Origin: Asterias rubens
Lineage: Eukaryota
Length of the DNA: 64,000 bases
Direction of reading: 5' to 3'
Assembly (NCBI RefSeq): GCF_902459465.1
Contig: NC_047081.1
Coordinates: 10,230,001-10,294,000, forward strand
Each line of letters begins with the position of its first letter. The first letter of the stretch is position 1. The notes beneath the pieces were generated by a model, which was not told where the DNA came from, made no database searches, and saw only the letters and a list, made by a program, of their open reading frames with translations. This document shows positions 25,552 through 38,247 of the stretch, one piece after another. The translations under genes and the position numbers were made by a program.

Positions 25552-27821
25552 TTACAGTTGGTAGTTTCTAAACTTTCGGAGGATGTCGTTTGCAGGTTCA
25601 CTGGTCCAACCAGAAGGTCTGGAATATTCTGAAGACAAACAATACACAAGACTTAAGTGGAAAGACAGAATTGACTCAATGCACACAACCAACATATTTT
25701 TCAAACAAAAATAATGAAGACAAAATACCCAGCTGGCCAAGATCGTCAGTTTTATTCCTGATTAAACTACAAAGTAAAAGTGGTCGGTCTAAGCCAAAGG
25801 TAGTAGGGTAGGTCCAAAAAAATAAATAATAATTATTGTGTCACACAATCCTCAATTAAACAGTAAAAGCGTAGATAAACTCTTACCATAGCTAGAGGGC
25901 GGTGTCACAGTGTATGCGCATGCATCTGTTTCACTCTTTCCAGCTCTGCCATCTACTGACTCTGCCTCTTCTTGCTGATGCTCAAGCATTAGATCTTTCT
26001 TCTTTCTTACTGCCCAATGCATTGACTGAAATGATCATAAAATTGATGCTTACGGATGAAAGAAAATAATAGAGAAAGATAAAGGTTTAATAAATGTTAT
26101 TTTGCATCAGAGATAAAGAATATCATTTGTTTTTACCCTTACTCTGATGTGTATTAAGCACTGTATACTCGGTATTTTCTCGAGTTCTGTGAAAATAATC
26201 GACAAGCAAATCATTTAGGTGGGATTAGAACCTGTGACCTTTGCATTGCTCTAAGCAGAAACCGGGGCAAACCCCTTCTCTTAAGACAAATGTACTGGGT
26301 TCTTTTACGTGCATCAATTGATAAATTTTAATAACAACACACAGAAAATGTGACTTTACATCCCATCCAAAGGACAAACCAATGGTTTAAAAGCGTCTTG
26401 TTTTTAAAAGATTACAAGTGTCAAGACCTCAACTCAAATCCAAACTCCGCTGATCAGAAACACCAGGGCTCAAGTCCAGTGAACCTGACTACTCGGCCAC
26501 AACACGCAAGATTCTCATTGCGGCCACAGCTTTTGTAGCCATTGTGAAGTGCCTTTGGAGCCAGATGGTTTGTATGGGGTAACGAACTGGGACATCATGA
26601 GCTTCAACACTGGCTTCAACGGGGGCCTTTCTCAAACCTTGGCTTTGGCTCTGGCTCCAGGCTCCGACACTCCTGCTGATATTCAAACCGGCGCATGCTA
26701 AAAATACATGCTGCTCCAGAGGCTGGTTCATTCTGTGTTTCCACTGCATACGCAGCACGCGGAGCTCAAGTCAGAGACAAACCCAAGCTGGAGACGAAGC
26801 CCACTGGAAACTAAGGTTTGAGGAAGGCCCCCCTACCCCTTCCATATCACTCTTTCTCATACCGTGTGCATTGAGTCTTTCATCGCGATCCAAGAAGTGT
26901 AAGGTACCGCCAGTCCACTCCGTCTCCAGTAGTCATACTCTTTTCGTTTTTTCTCATCTGTCAGAATATCCCGAGCCCTCTGCAGTTTGGCAAACTTATC
27001 GGCTGCTGAAGGATCGTCGGGATTCTTGTCTGGGTGCACATCAAGCACTCTGACTTTAAACTCTACATTAATTTGTTCTGTCTGCAAAAAAAAAAAAATC
27101 ATGAGTTAGAACAAGGATCATGCCTGAATTATAACTTTAAAGCAACAATAGTTGTATGCTGACATAATGGCTGAGCCTTTTGGTACAAGAGTTGGGAAAC
27201 ACATCCCCACCATGGTTTTATATTACTAGTTTTGTTGTATGGGAACATCAGGTGGAAGATACTGCCCATTTGGTAGTGTCGCAAGTTGTGGGCTAAGTTT
27301 AAACTAAAATCAATTGACTATATCCTTGTGGGGATGTTGATCCTATCCTCGACAAACACGTTACAAATAGAATAATAGGCATTCATAGAACTGAATATAG
27401 AGTGGTGATAAATTAAAAGTGTCTGAAACATTTTAGCCATCTGAACAATACTACAGTCTACAACTCTAAATCTAACGACCAATCATTAACCATTATGTTG
27501 AGAATTTTTTTATATTAACAAAACTGTGAATCACATAATATAAATAAGGACTATCCTTTTAATTATAAAACACATGCCTTAACTGGGTGATAGTGTTGGA
27601 TAACTGTTTGTTAACATGCAACGTAGAGTCAAATCTGGGCTAGGATATAGGCTATTTTGTATAACTATAGGGGAGAGTGTGCATGGCATGGGATTGGGCT
27701 AGCCTTGGTGAGGTGAGGGTTTTTTGTTGCAATCAAAACTTACCGATGAAAGCTCATCAGCTCCGAGCAATTTGTAAAAGTCATCATCTTCAGATCTCTG
27801 ATTATTGAAAAGCTCTTCCAT
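25552..27821 (-). CDS. DNAJC12: DnaJ homolog subfamily C member 12 (JDP1), 170 aa. Exons 27821-27744, 27081-26863, 26025-25887, 25628-25552
   Basis: J-domain with DFYKLLGADELSS and HPDKNP; YDYWRRSGL, SMHWAVRKKKDLMLE and the diagnostic C-terminus ILRKFRNYQL (human LLRKFRNYEI). Confidence 0.95.
26254..26506 (-). mobile_element. tRNA-derived SINE (family A), reverse copy
   Basis: Reverse complement reads GTGGCCGAGTAG..CCTGGTGTTTCTGATCAGCGGAG.., shared with 59908. Confidence 0.7.
26621..26832. mobile_element. Harbinger-type MITE in a DNAJC12 intron
   Basis: Inverted termini GGGGGCCTTTCTCAAACCTTGG / CTAAGGTTTGAGGAAGGCCCCC. Confidence 0.7.
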
Positions 27822-28584
27822 AATTTTGAACGTAAAGTTTTAATCGATGTCGGAAAACAGTGCTTGTTAAAACAGAAGCTGAAATTCTTTAAAGACTTTT
27901 TGTGTAAGCAAAATTTCTAATTACAAACAGTTTAAAAAACAAACAAATTGAAAAGTTTTGACTTTTTGGGTAGCACCACCCTCATTCACAGTCAACTTGT
28001 CATTTGTTTAAACTGTTCTTTTCTTAACACAGCACAGTACACCCATCATCTTGAGTTATGTGGTCACTATATATGCCCATCTATGGACGGTGTTTACAAG
28101 TTTGAACCAAATTTCATGTGAAATACACGAATTATTTGCCCCAGAGATTCTTAATCAACACCTCAGTTTTCAGCTGGAAGTAGTTCCTCATCTGCACTGA
28201 CCAATCATCACTGAAAATCCTACTGAGGCAAAAAGTTTTAACCAATCAAAGTTTCGTATAATGTGTGAACACCAAATTCTTATCCAGCTTTGTGTAAGCA
28301 CGCAACAGTCACAACATTCGGCAGAAGTTGCGCACCCTATGGAAAAAGAACGGCAGATTGGGGGCAAATGTTAAGAGTAAAGACATGTTTTATTTTAATT
28401 TAATTTTAATGCAATTAATAATATAATTGTAATGTGTATTAGAAATATAAAATATTAAAAGCTGTATTTATGTAACATAAAAACAATTTTATGAGTTGTA
28501 TTATTAAAAAAAGGTTTATAAAAGTATTCGAAAGTTACTTCAATTTGGTCGAGGGTACTCATCACGGGTCAATTTAAGTTCAAG
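27822..28584. promoter_or_regulatory. Divergent DNAJC12/SIRT1 promoter with CCAAT boxes
   Basis: The two start codons are 763 bp apart. CCAAT at 28201 and 28242, ATTGG at 28357. Confidence 0.55.
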
Positions 28585-31500
28585 ATGGCCGACGTAGTCG
28601 ACAAAAGTTCTTTGGAATCACCAAAAAAGCGTCCCCGACTCGAACATAAAGAGCCACTTATCATTTCCCCAAATTCAGTAGAAGCAGAAAAGTCTCACGT
28701 ACCGACAGGGACTGATAAAAAAGCAATTTATTCATCGAGAGAGAGATTTTCGAAGGGAAAAGATTCGCTCAACTTCGACCCCGGATCTGGCGCTGGATTC
28801 GAACATGGACTTCCGCCCGACGAAACTCACGTCTTATCAGAGAGATTCACTTCAGATTTGGATGATGATTTTCTTCCAGAGCAAAACGGTTGGTGTGAAC
28901 TTAACGTTACCTAAACTTCTGATACATTATTTGAGGTGGATTTGACGAGTTGTAAATTAGTTTGTTTGAAAAAAGAATTAATTACAAAATTATTAAAAAT
29001 AAAATAAAATTTTTAATTAATAATAATATTAATTAACTATTGGAAAAGTTTCCGTATGGCGCCACCACTTTTTCATTCGATATGAAATAATATAGTATCT
29101 AATTTACCTCAATGAGATATCCCTTTTTGTAAAAATGAGTGAAAAAGTGGTGGCGCCATACGGAAAGTTATCCTTTATTTGTTACATAATTGAGGCCCCT
29201 ATATAATTATAATATATAAATATAAAATTAAATTTTTTGTTGACATTTCTTAATTATTTTGTGTATTTATAAATTTACTGTTTATTTCTTTCTTTATTTA
29301 TTGAATGTTATTGTTATTGTTAATAAATGTTTGTAATTGTTCATAATATGAACCGTGACGGGCAAATAAAATAAATTCAGAAAGTTAAATTGTATTCCAA
29401 AAACAAATTTAAACTAATCAAATGAAAGTTGAACTTGAAGGCGGCCTAGGCAGGTATGGTAGTTTGGATTTAAGCTGGCACTGGCTACAAATTATTATAT
29501 AGCAAAAAACTATGTTCTCTGGGGTGGATAAAAATTAAGCCAATAGTTCGCGATAATAATATTAACTGAATAATTAATATTGTCTTTTTTTGTTGTGTAA
29601 TCATTGACTGCAGAGGGGAGGTAAAAGAGGAGTTCATGCTTGATAATGGACGCTTTAGGATACTGTATTTACATGTGATTGGTTACAATAAATATAACGT
29701 GGGTCGTTCGATACTCGCCGAAGCGTTACAATTATTGTAACTAAATTGTGATGACATTTCATTTGACACTCTGTGTTTTAATTGCCTTTCCAGGTGACTG
29801 CCACAGCGTTTTGCGCCGGGCATCTTCCAGCAGTCCAATAGCCGCCGACACCAACAACACTTCCCCAAGGTTTGAGGAGTCTGATGCGGAGAGTGATGGG
29901 GAAGAGAGCAGCTCTGTGAGTGACGAGGGAAGCTTAAGATCCCTCGATGGTGATCTAGATCTTGGCTTGGGTGATTGTGACCTGGTACAACCAACGGGTA
30001 AGATGTAATCCTAGGCTAATGGAAGTCTTCATCTCACCCCAAAGTTGGATCCGGATTGACAATTTGTTTTTTGTTTTTAAAGAAAATTAGAGGGGATGGG
30101 CAAAAGCTATTAACTTGTCGTAAAATAGCGACAAACAAAAATTAGGATTTTGTGTCAATCGATTTTAAAAAAAAGGTTTTACAAAAATTGACGAACCAGT
30201 CAAAACCTAGCGAATCGAAATTCAAACCAACTGGTCGTGCTGGCTAGTTGAAAAAAGTGAAGAGCAATAGTGTACAATTCAGTAATTTAGATTGACTTTT
30301 TTCCCCTTGCTTTTATTCAGTTGGTCCAATGGGCTGGCTTCACCGGCAGATGATGTCAGGCGTCCATCCACGTTCCATCCTCTCAAAGCTCATACCGAAC
30401 ATGTCTGCATCCCTGCCGCAGGATCTAGATGAGTTTGAGGTGTGGTCTATCATCGCTGATTACTTCAACATGCTGCGGGAGCCACCGCGGCGGAAAAAGC
30501 TGCAAGACGTGAACTCGTTTGAAGACGCCTTGAATCTGTTGCGGAGCTCCAAGAGGATCATGGTGCTGACAGGGGCAGGGGTGAGTTCTATGCCTTTAAA
30601 AATGTTGGGGTTAACAAGCCAGGGACTTTCATATTTTTTTCTATTTTCTCAACTGAAAATATCACAGGTAACTTTTATTGAATCTTTCTAGATAATGTTG
30701 CCTATAAATCAGCATTACATTGATGAAAAACCAATCAAGATTACAAAGCCATGCCTGTAAGTCATCTTTGAGAGGGCAAGGCCATTTTCATTTTGCCCAG
30801 GGCACTTCCATTAGAAAATCTTGAAGTCAAAAGGGAAAGTTTTGAAAAGACCAAGTAAAGACCAGGAGCAATGGAGGCCATGGATTCCACGGCCTGCGCT
30901 TAATTTCAGGCCAGGGTTCAGTTGTGGGAACCAGACCGCTGTAACAGACTCTGCCTTAGATTACTCCAAAATCCATACACGGTTCATTGGTTTTGAATTC
31001 CGATGCTTTTTATTTCCTCAGGTTTCTGTATCGTGTGGCATCCCTGACTTCAGATCAAGAGATGGTGTCTATGCCAGACTTGCTGTGGACTTCCCAGACC
31101 TCCCAGATCCACAGGCCATTTTTGATATCAACTACTTTCGACGGAACCCCAAGCCTTTCTTTAAATTTGCAAAGGTAGGCGGACGCTTTCCGGGTTTCTT
31201 TGTCTCTCTTTTTGTTTCTTTACTTGTGCACATTCTTTTTTTTTAGGGGTTGGTACACAAACTACTAAGTACATAAATCAATTTACAAAGCACTAAGCAA
31301 CTTTGGGTTATTTTTATTGATGTTAGCCACTATCAATATCAATAACATATTTTTGGGGCTGGTAACCTGTTTCTGCTAAGCAAGATTATGTCTTTTCTAA
31401 GTATTATTTTTAACAGCCATGATGAATTTTAAATCAGACACTGTTCTTTGTTTCCCAATGTAGGAAATCTACCCCGGTGAATTCAGACCATCCACATGCC

Positions 31501-34395
31501 ATAAGTTCATCGCTCTCCTTGAGCAACACGGCAAACTTCTACGCAACTTCTCTCAGAACATTGACACCTTGGAACAGGTGGCTGGCATTACCAAAGTCTT
31601 GCAGTGTCATGGTGAGTCAGTCGTGTAGTCAGTCAGGCCTCAAGAAAACCCAAGGCACCAACAGCATTTGCCTTGGTGCCTAAGACAGGGCGACTAGTGT
31701 CGAAGTCGCGACTTTTTGTTGCTTAGGGGAGACGCGACCACTGTTTAATAACTACTCGGTTAATCGTGCCGCCACGACTACTTAAAAAATTTAACCAATT
31801 GTGTCGCTAACGACTATTCACGACAATATATTTTACTGACGAAACACAATCAGACATCAGTGGCACAATCCTTCAATCCTTTCAATAAACCTATCCAGTT
31901 CTTCTCGGAACTTTTCCTAAGCCATCAGTTCTTCAATGACTTTAATAGCTCAAGATTTAAAACTTTAAAAAATTGCTTTTTCAAAGCTCAAAAAAGAAAG
32001 TCTCTGTTTCTTGCCAAAGGTTCCTTCGCAACTGCACACTGTACGAACTGCAACTACGAGGTGGATGCGGACGCCATCCGACAAGATATCTTCAACCAAG
32101 TGGTACCCCACTGCCCTCACTGTCCCAGGGACCCGGACGTCCTGGCCGTTATGAAGCCCGATATCGTCTTCTTTGGTGAAGGGCTGCCTAAAGATTTCTA
32201 CCATTGCTTAGATGAGGATAAGGATAAGATTGATTTGCTTATAGTCATTGGATCTTCGCTAAAGGTGCAGCCGGTAGCAACCATTCCAAGTAAGTGTCCA
32301 ATAGAAACATGTCGGCTGGTTTTAGTGTTTGAGTTTTTTTCATTGGAGGGGTAGCCAGAGACACTTTATCTATATTCAGGCATGGTACTCTTCCTACAAT
32401 TTTGTTTGCCTTTTGAAAAATCAGATTTTCTTTTTAATAAGACAACCTACATCATGTGTACATGTAGGTCGCCCCTTGTACTTTTTTCCTCAATATTGAC
32501 TCACCAACGAAAATTCACCTTAAATAATTTTGCTTGTTTTTTTTGTGTCGCTGCTTTTTATTAGCCTTCTTCAAATTTGTTCTTTTAATGACCATTTAAC
32601 TTACCTAAATTAAACAAAATTATCTGTGACCAGAGTGTACAAATGTCTATGATATTATTTTTGTTTGTTTGGTTCTTGTAGATGCTGTACCAGGCAATAT
32701 CCCTCAGATTCTCATAAACAGAGAGCCACTCCCCCACATGAACTTTGACATAGAGTTGCTAGGCGATGGAGACGTCATCGTCAACGAAATCTGCCGCCGC
32801 CTCGGCGACGGCTGGGATCAAATCTGCGATGGCAACCAGCTGGAGGAGACATCCGAAATGCCAGACGTGCCAACTCCTGCGGGTTCCGACTCGGTGGGGA
32901 GCGATTTTGAAACCATGGTTACGCCAAAGAGGCCTGAGGAAGGATTTGAAGGTGCTGATAGCACCAGTTGGGTCGGTCGGTCATCGGACGGTTCGCTGCA
33001 GTCTTGTGACGACCACGCAGAGGCAACTCATCAAGATGACAACTCTAAGGGAGAAGGACAAGGAGACATCAAGAAATCAACGACGCCTGAAAGACTTTCC
33101 AAATCGCCGCATATGTGTAGTTCCGCTGAAAGGGCCTCATCAGCTGGCACTACTATTAAAATCAATACTGAAACTAACACAGTCAATTCAAAACCTGAAC
33201 TTGATGAATCCTCAGTCAGTGAAGATGACACCCAGCAAGATCAGAAATCCCACCCCAACCGCTGTCTTCAGAGTAGAGACACCAAGACCGTCAAAGATAT
33301 TCGTGTAACGGATAAATCTCAGCAGCAAGACGGTGTCATTTCAAGCACAGTGTGTGAGGACAGCAAGCCACAGGGTGCAAAGCCTAACTGCACAAATGCC
33401 AATCAGTTGAAGAACGACCAAATCAGTCAGACAAATGAAGCCCAGAGGCAACAAAAACGGGAAAATCTAGAGGCTGAGAACATTGAAAACACTAAAGATG
33501 CTCATACCGTAGCCAATAGGAGAGGGGACAACGACAACAATGAAGGCGCAACAGAGGAGGGCTCTCGAAGCTTGAGTAAGACGAGTGCTGACCACACAAC
33601 TCAACCAAAGAGGAAACGAAAAAGCAGCATTGCCTTATACTTACAATGTAAGTGGTTTTAAAATACAAAGTGGCGAGTAGCTCTTCAAGAGTATAAAATT
33701 GTTGTACAGTGTTTTAAAGAATTATCAATTTTTAAAATAAAATCAGCCTTTGAGAAAATTGTTGTTGAGGTTGGAAAGTGAGGCCACTATTAACAGTATT
33801 TGGGCATTTTTACTGTTTATTTTGGTTAGTAAGCAGTTTAAAACAGCAAACAACTTTACTGAAATATTTACCGGGACATTTCAAGTGGCTCCGTGGCGAT
33901 GGGAGAGGGCTCTGTGTAGGCATGAGGTCTCTCCCATGTTACTGCTGGACAACCTGTTTGACGATAATTTGAAATTGACCCATGATTTTATTTTTGATCA
34001 CTACAGCATCTTCCTATCTGTTTGTTCCTCCAAACCGCTATATCTTCCACGGGGCTGAGGTATACCCCCCTTCCAAGTCAGTCAGCCCCTGCAATGACAC
34101 CGATGACATCAATGACAGACATTCTGTCGACGACCATGACAACAGTGACATCGAGGACCACCTCCGTGACGTCATCGGCCATAGCGAGGTACCGTCAACC
34201 AGCAATGCTCTGACTGGTGATCGTCAGCACGGGGACCTGCCCCCAGCGATGGATAGCCCTGTATTGCATCTCGGAAAGGGAGGCTCGTGTGAACCACAAG
34301 GTGACCCAGTGTTCTCAGATACCCACAAGGAACAAGAAAGATCTGAACTGCACGCTGAAAAAACTCCACTCAGCGAGGCAGACGAGGGGGTATAG
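28585..34395 (+). CDS. SIRT1: NAD-dependent deacetylase sirtuin-1, about 897 aa. Exons 28585-28888, 29794-29997, 30321-30580, 31022-31174, 31464-31611, 32020-32289, 32682-33647, 34007-34395
   Basis: [10 protein letters not shown]; [10 protein letters not shown]; [21 protein letters not shown]; QNIDTLEQ; QCHGSFATA; zinc-binding CTNC/CPHC; KPDIVFFGE; GSSLKV; ILINREPL; C-terminal regulatory segment [17 protein letters not shown]. The exon 1 donor is the least certain boundary. Confidence 0.96.
29042..29173. mobile_element. MITE family R2, full copy (opposite orientation to 410)
   Basis: Both TIRs and the same internal sequence are present. No intact TSD is visible. Confidence 0.9.
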
Positions 34396-35376
34396 GGTGA
34401 GTTCTTTGGGGGGTAGGTGGAAACTGGACGTTTGTAAAAACCAACAAGAAACACTTTTCGAATGGGTAGGACATTTTCATTGGTGAAACTGGACAAACTG
34501 ACCAAAAAAAAAGAGGGATGTTCAGTTAACAAAAATGTCTTTAAGATAGACTAAAATGAAAATATTCAGACATAAATTTCGACATACAGTATATTTATCA
34601 GACGAGTTTTCTAAATCGAGGTAAATGACTGCTAAGGGGATGGTGTGCCATTCTATCATTAAATGCGGACAGGTTCTCACAACACCTGTCTTTATGCTTT
34701 GTCTAAAAAGAACAATGAATTTGGAAAAATTATATTAGCAGTAATTGTTAAGAAAATAATTTATGCCCTCCAAAACTCATATTCAAAGTTTTTGACTAAA
34801 GTGATTGGCCTACAAATTACCTCATACAATAGTCTGAATGAGAAACAAGGGTGCTTAAAGGTCACCCATTCTCTTTCCTTTTTCAACGCCATTATTTCAA
34901 AGGTATTCTAGTTTTACTTGAGTTTTTAGTTAGAGTATTTAAGATTTAACCTGACTTTGTTTCTTGTGTGTAATTGAAGATTGGCAAAAAGGTGATTGCT
35001 GATGCTGATTGAAACGATATCCAGAAAAATGTTATTTTTTATAAACATTTTCAATACATGTAATTATAACCGGGTTTGTGATATGACTTTAACGTTAACA
35101 CTTTTTGCATGTTTTTAAATTTTTACCTGAAAAGAAAAAATGTAAATAATTATTGTAAATATTAGTATCTTCAACAGAAATACATTTTTATATAGCAAGA
35201 GGTGTGTCCACCATGAGGGCCATTTGAAATTTTTCATTCATACGATGTAAATAATTTAAACAATAGTTGTGTTATTCTGCTTTTTAAAGATTAACCTTGG
35301 TGATTTCACCACAGGATTTTTGGCCCTTGGAAAGAGTCAGAAAAACTGTGACTAAACAGCTGGATTAAACTGTCTA

Positions 35377-35722
35377 TTAAAGGGAAGGTACACATTGGGT
35401 AATTACTCAACTCACAACAAATATTAGCTTAAAAACTGACTTGGTAACGAGCATTGGAGAGCTGTTGATAGTATAAAACATTGTGAGAAACCGCTCCCTC
35501 TGAAGAAGCGTAGATTTTGAGAAAGAGGTAATTTTTCACTAAGATATTAAAAGACTTCTAGCCAGATTGTCTTTTATTCCTATCTGAAAGCACACATTTT
35601 CTCGCAACTTCGATGACCAATTGAGCCCAAATTTTCACAGGTTTGTTATTTTATGCATGTTGGGATACACCAAGTGATAAGACTGGTCTTTGACAATTAC
35701 CAATAGTGTCCACTGCCTTTAA
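35377..35722 (+). mobile_element. R1 (Kolobok-type) MITE
   Basis: Same internal sequence as 4182 and TTAA at both ends. Confidence 0.8.
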
Positions 35723-35985
35723 TGCCTTGGCCTGACATGTAGTCCTTGTACAATTTTCCTACTTTTTTCCAACGGACCAAATACCATGTCTGCAATAACC
35801 TTGCTCTATGGTATTACTTAGTAAAGTTGTTATCGAGAAAATTAGCTGTTCAAAGTTACAAGATTATATTTATTTTATTTGACATGTAATGATGACGTTT
35901 TTAAATTTACAATTACACTGCCATTGAATTTCTTCTAGAGTAGATGTTATGTGCACAAGGGAACAAGACGATTATGACTACACCC

Positions 35986-36379
35986 TTAAAGACACTGGAC
36001 ACTATTGGTAATTACTCAAAATAACTGTTAGCATAAAAACTTACTTGGTAAGAGCAATGGAGAGCTGTTACATTTAAAAACAATGTGAGAAACAGCTCCC
36101 TCTGAAGTAACATAGTTTTTGCGAAAGAAGTAATTTTCCACTAAAATATTTGAATTTGCTTTGGAGACCTCGGAATTTTATTTTTGAGGTCCTGAAATCA
36201 AGCATCTCAAAGCACACAACTCAAGTGACAAGGGTGTTTTTTTCTTTCATTATTATCTCGCAATTTCGATGCCGAATTGAGTTCAAATTTTCAAGGGTTT
36301 GTTATTTTGTGCATATGTTGAGATACACCAAGTGAGAAGACTGGTCTGTGACAATTACCAATAGTGTCCAGTGTCTTAA
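35986..36379 (+). mobile_element. R1 (Kolobok-type) MITE, longer variant
   Basis: ttaa-AGACACTGGACACTATTGGTAATT...AATTACCAATAGTGTCCAGTGTC-ttaa. Confidence 0.8.
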
Positions 36380-37492
36380 AAAAACAAATTGGTCTGTAGT
36401 TTAAACTTAGACAGTGATATTTTGCAGGTAGAAAAACAAACAAATGTCAAACAAATATCCAATGGGTTGGTAGTTATGTTTGTATTAAATTATAGGGTTT
36501 TCTGTTGTTATTTTGGAAGGTTCAAACCAGGGCTTAATTTCCCAGAGCTGCTCAATCAGGAAACATTGGTTAACAAGTAATGATGTGCTTATAGCACAAA
36601 TAAGCAGAAAACCCTCAACATTGAGCAATGGGCATCATACATCTTTAAAACTACCACTAGTTAAATTTTATCAAAAATTTTACTCAGTTTGTTTTGTCAC
36701 AACTTTTAACCATTATAAATTGAATTGAACCAATTTTGTGGTGTGGTTTTTTTGTTAATAATAAAGCAAAATGGCCAACCATTTCTTCCTCATATTATTT
36801 CAAACCTATGAGTACGACTGCTGCATCCTAGAGCACATGTCTCAATTAAGAGTAGTCTTGAAATCAAGTCGGTAATTGTTAAGCGCGGTGTGGTCACGGG
36901 GACGATACACTCATCCTCGAGCCAGTATGTGTGTGAGTCAGTCGACAGCTGCCACGTGCTACCTATGACCGTTGCATGGATGTATAATCGCACTGTGACT
37001 GTTGCATGACGGCAGAATGTGTGTTTGTAACTAATAGGCAGCGCCTAACGACTTGTCATCAAGTCTAAATAAACAGGGGCTCCAAGGTCAAATTGAGCTT
37101 TGTGATGCAATCAATTTTTTTTTTTTTTTTGGATCTATAGTCCTCATGAAAGCAGGGACAAAATTAAAAGTCTCAAATCTCACAATAAAAGGTTGTAATG
37201 GATGCCATTTTATTTAAACTCTTTCAAAACCAATGGGTCAGTACATTCCAAACGGGAGTTTCTGCACCAGTCATAACCACAAACTCGATGCTGATGTTTC
37301 GATTGAATATCATCAGAGTTCAGGCATGAACTGACAATTCTTTCTGAAATGAAATTGCTCTCTTGAAGGGTATCAAAGATACATGTAGTAGCATTTTACA
37401 CCTGTTATTTTAACCCAAGGTTATACACTTTGTGCTTTATTAGGTGACTTTGCAGACTTGTAATTTTGTCCAAATATTCGTAAGGACTCTAT

Positions 37493-37720
37493 CAATAGAC
37501 CCTTCCCATAAAATATGTAAATTGCACTTAGCGTGTGCGCACTAACGTTTTGGTTGGCAAAATGAGGGAAAATTGTGCTGTTTTGTACACGGCTAATGGG
37601 TGCGTGACGCACACGCGATTGCGCGTCTGCTTAGTGCACAACTCTATGGTGTTTGCCAACCAACAAGGTCTGTACGCATGCGTGAATGTAATTAGCATAT
37701 TTCATGGGAAGGGTCCATTG
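37493..37720. mobile_element. 228-bp MITE with ~31-bp imperfect TIRs
   Basis: CAATAGACCCTTCCCATAAAATATGTAAATT versus the reverse complement of AATTAGCATATTTCATGGGAAGGGTCCATTG. Confidence 0.75.
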
Positions 37721-38247
37721 TAAAATGAGTCGGTTTGATCATTGCTGATCACACCAGTGAAGGATAATTTAACCAAAAATAATATTTTCTAAAAAGCATG
37801 ACTTGGTTATTTAAATTTTTTGAATCAAAACATAGCTAGGGTAACAAAAGTTTAGTTATTTAATTATGTATGTAGTTAAACGTTTAGCCTGTTCATACTA
37901 TGTTTGTGACTAACATGAGAGGAAATTAAAATACATTTATTTATATAGGATAATTTGAGTTGATTGTTTGTTTATTATTTGTTTTGTAATAATTTCTATC
38001 GTTTTATTTGGGGCATTGTGCCTGTTTTTAACTATTTCATTCAGATGATTTGTGTGTTGTTGTTTTTTTTGGGTTGGGGGTATTTTTTATTAGAAACGCC
38101 ATTTTCTTAACTTTGTGGAAGTGTTTTTTCTCTATTGGGGGCGGGGGGGGGGGGGGCGCTGCACTTGGGACGGTACAGATTGTGAACGAAATAGGACTGA
38201 CTTCCAAAGAATTATATAGCGCCCTCTCTAGCCTAACTATTTCCAAC

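Noticed and set aside
26489-26758. 89-aa minus-strand ORF in the DNAJC12 intron as an alternative exon
   Set aside because: Largely overlaps a TIR-bounded MITE (26621-26832) and a SINE head, with no recognisable homology.
29605-29625. CAG|AGGGGAG|GTAAAA possible 7-nt microexon in SIRT1 intron 1
   Set aside because: Would frameshift, and exons 1 and 2 already join in phase.
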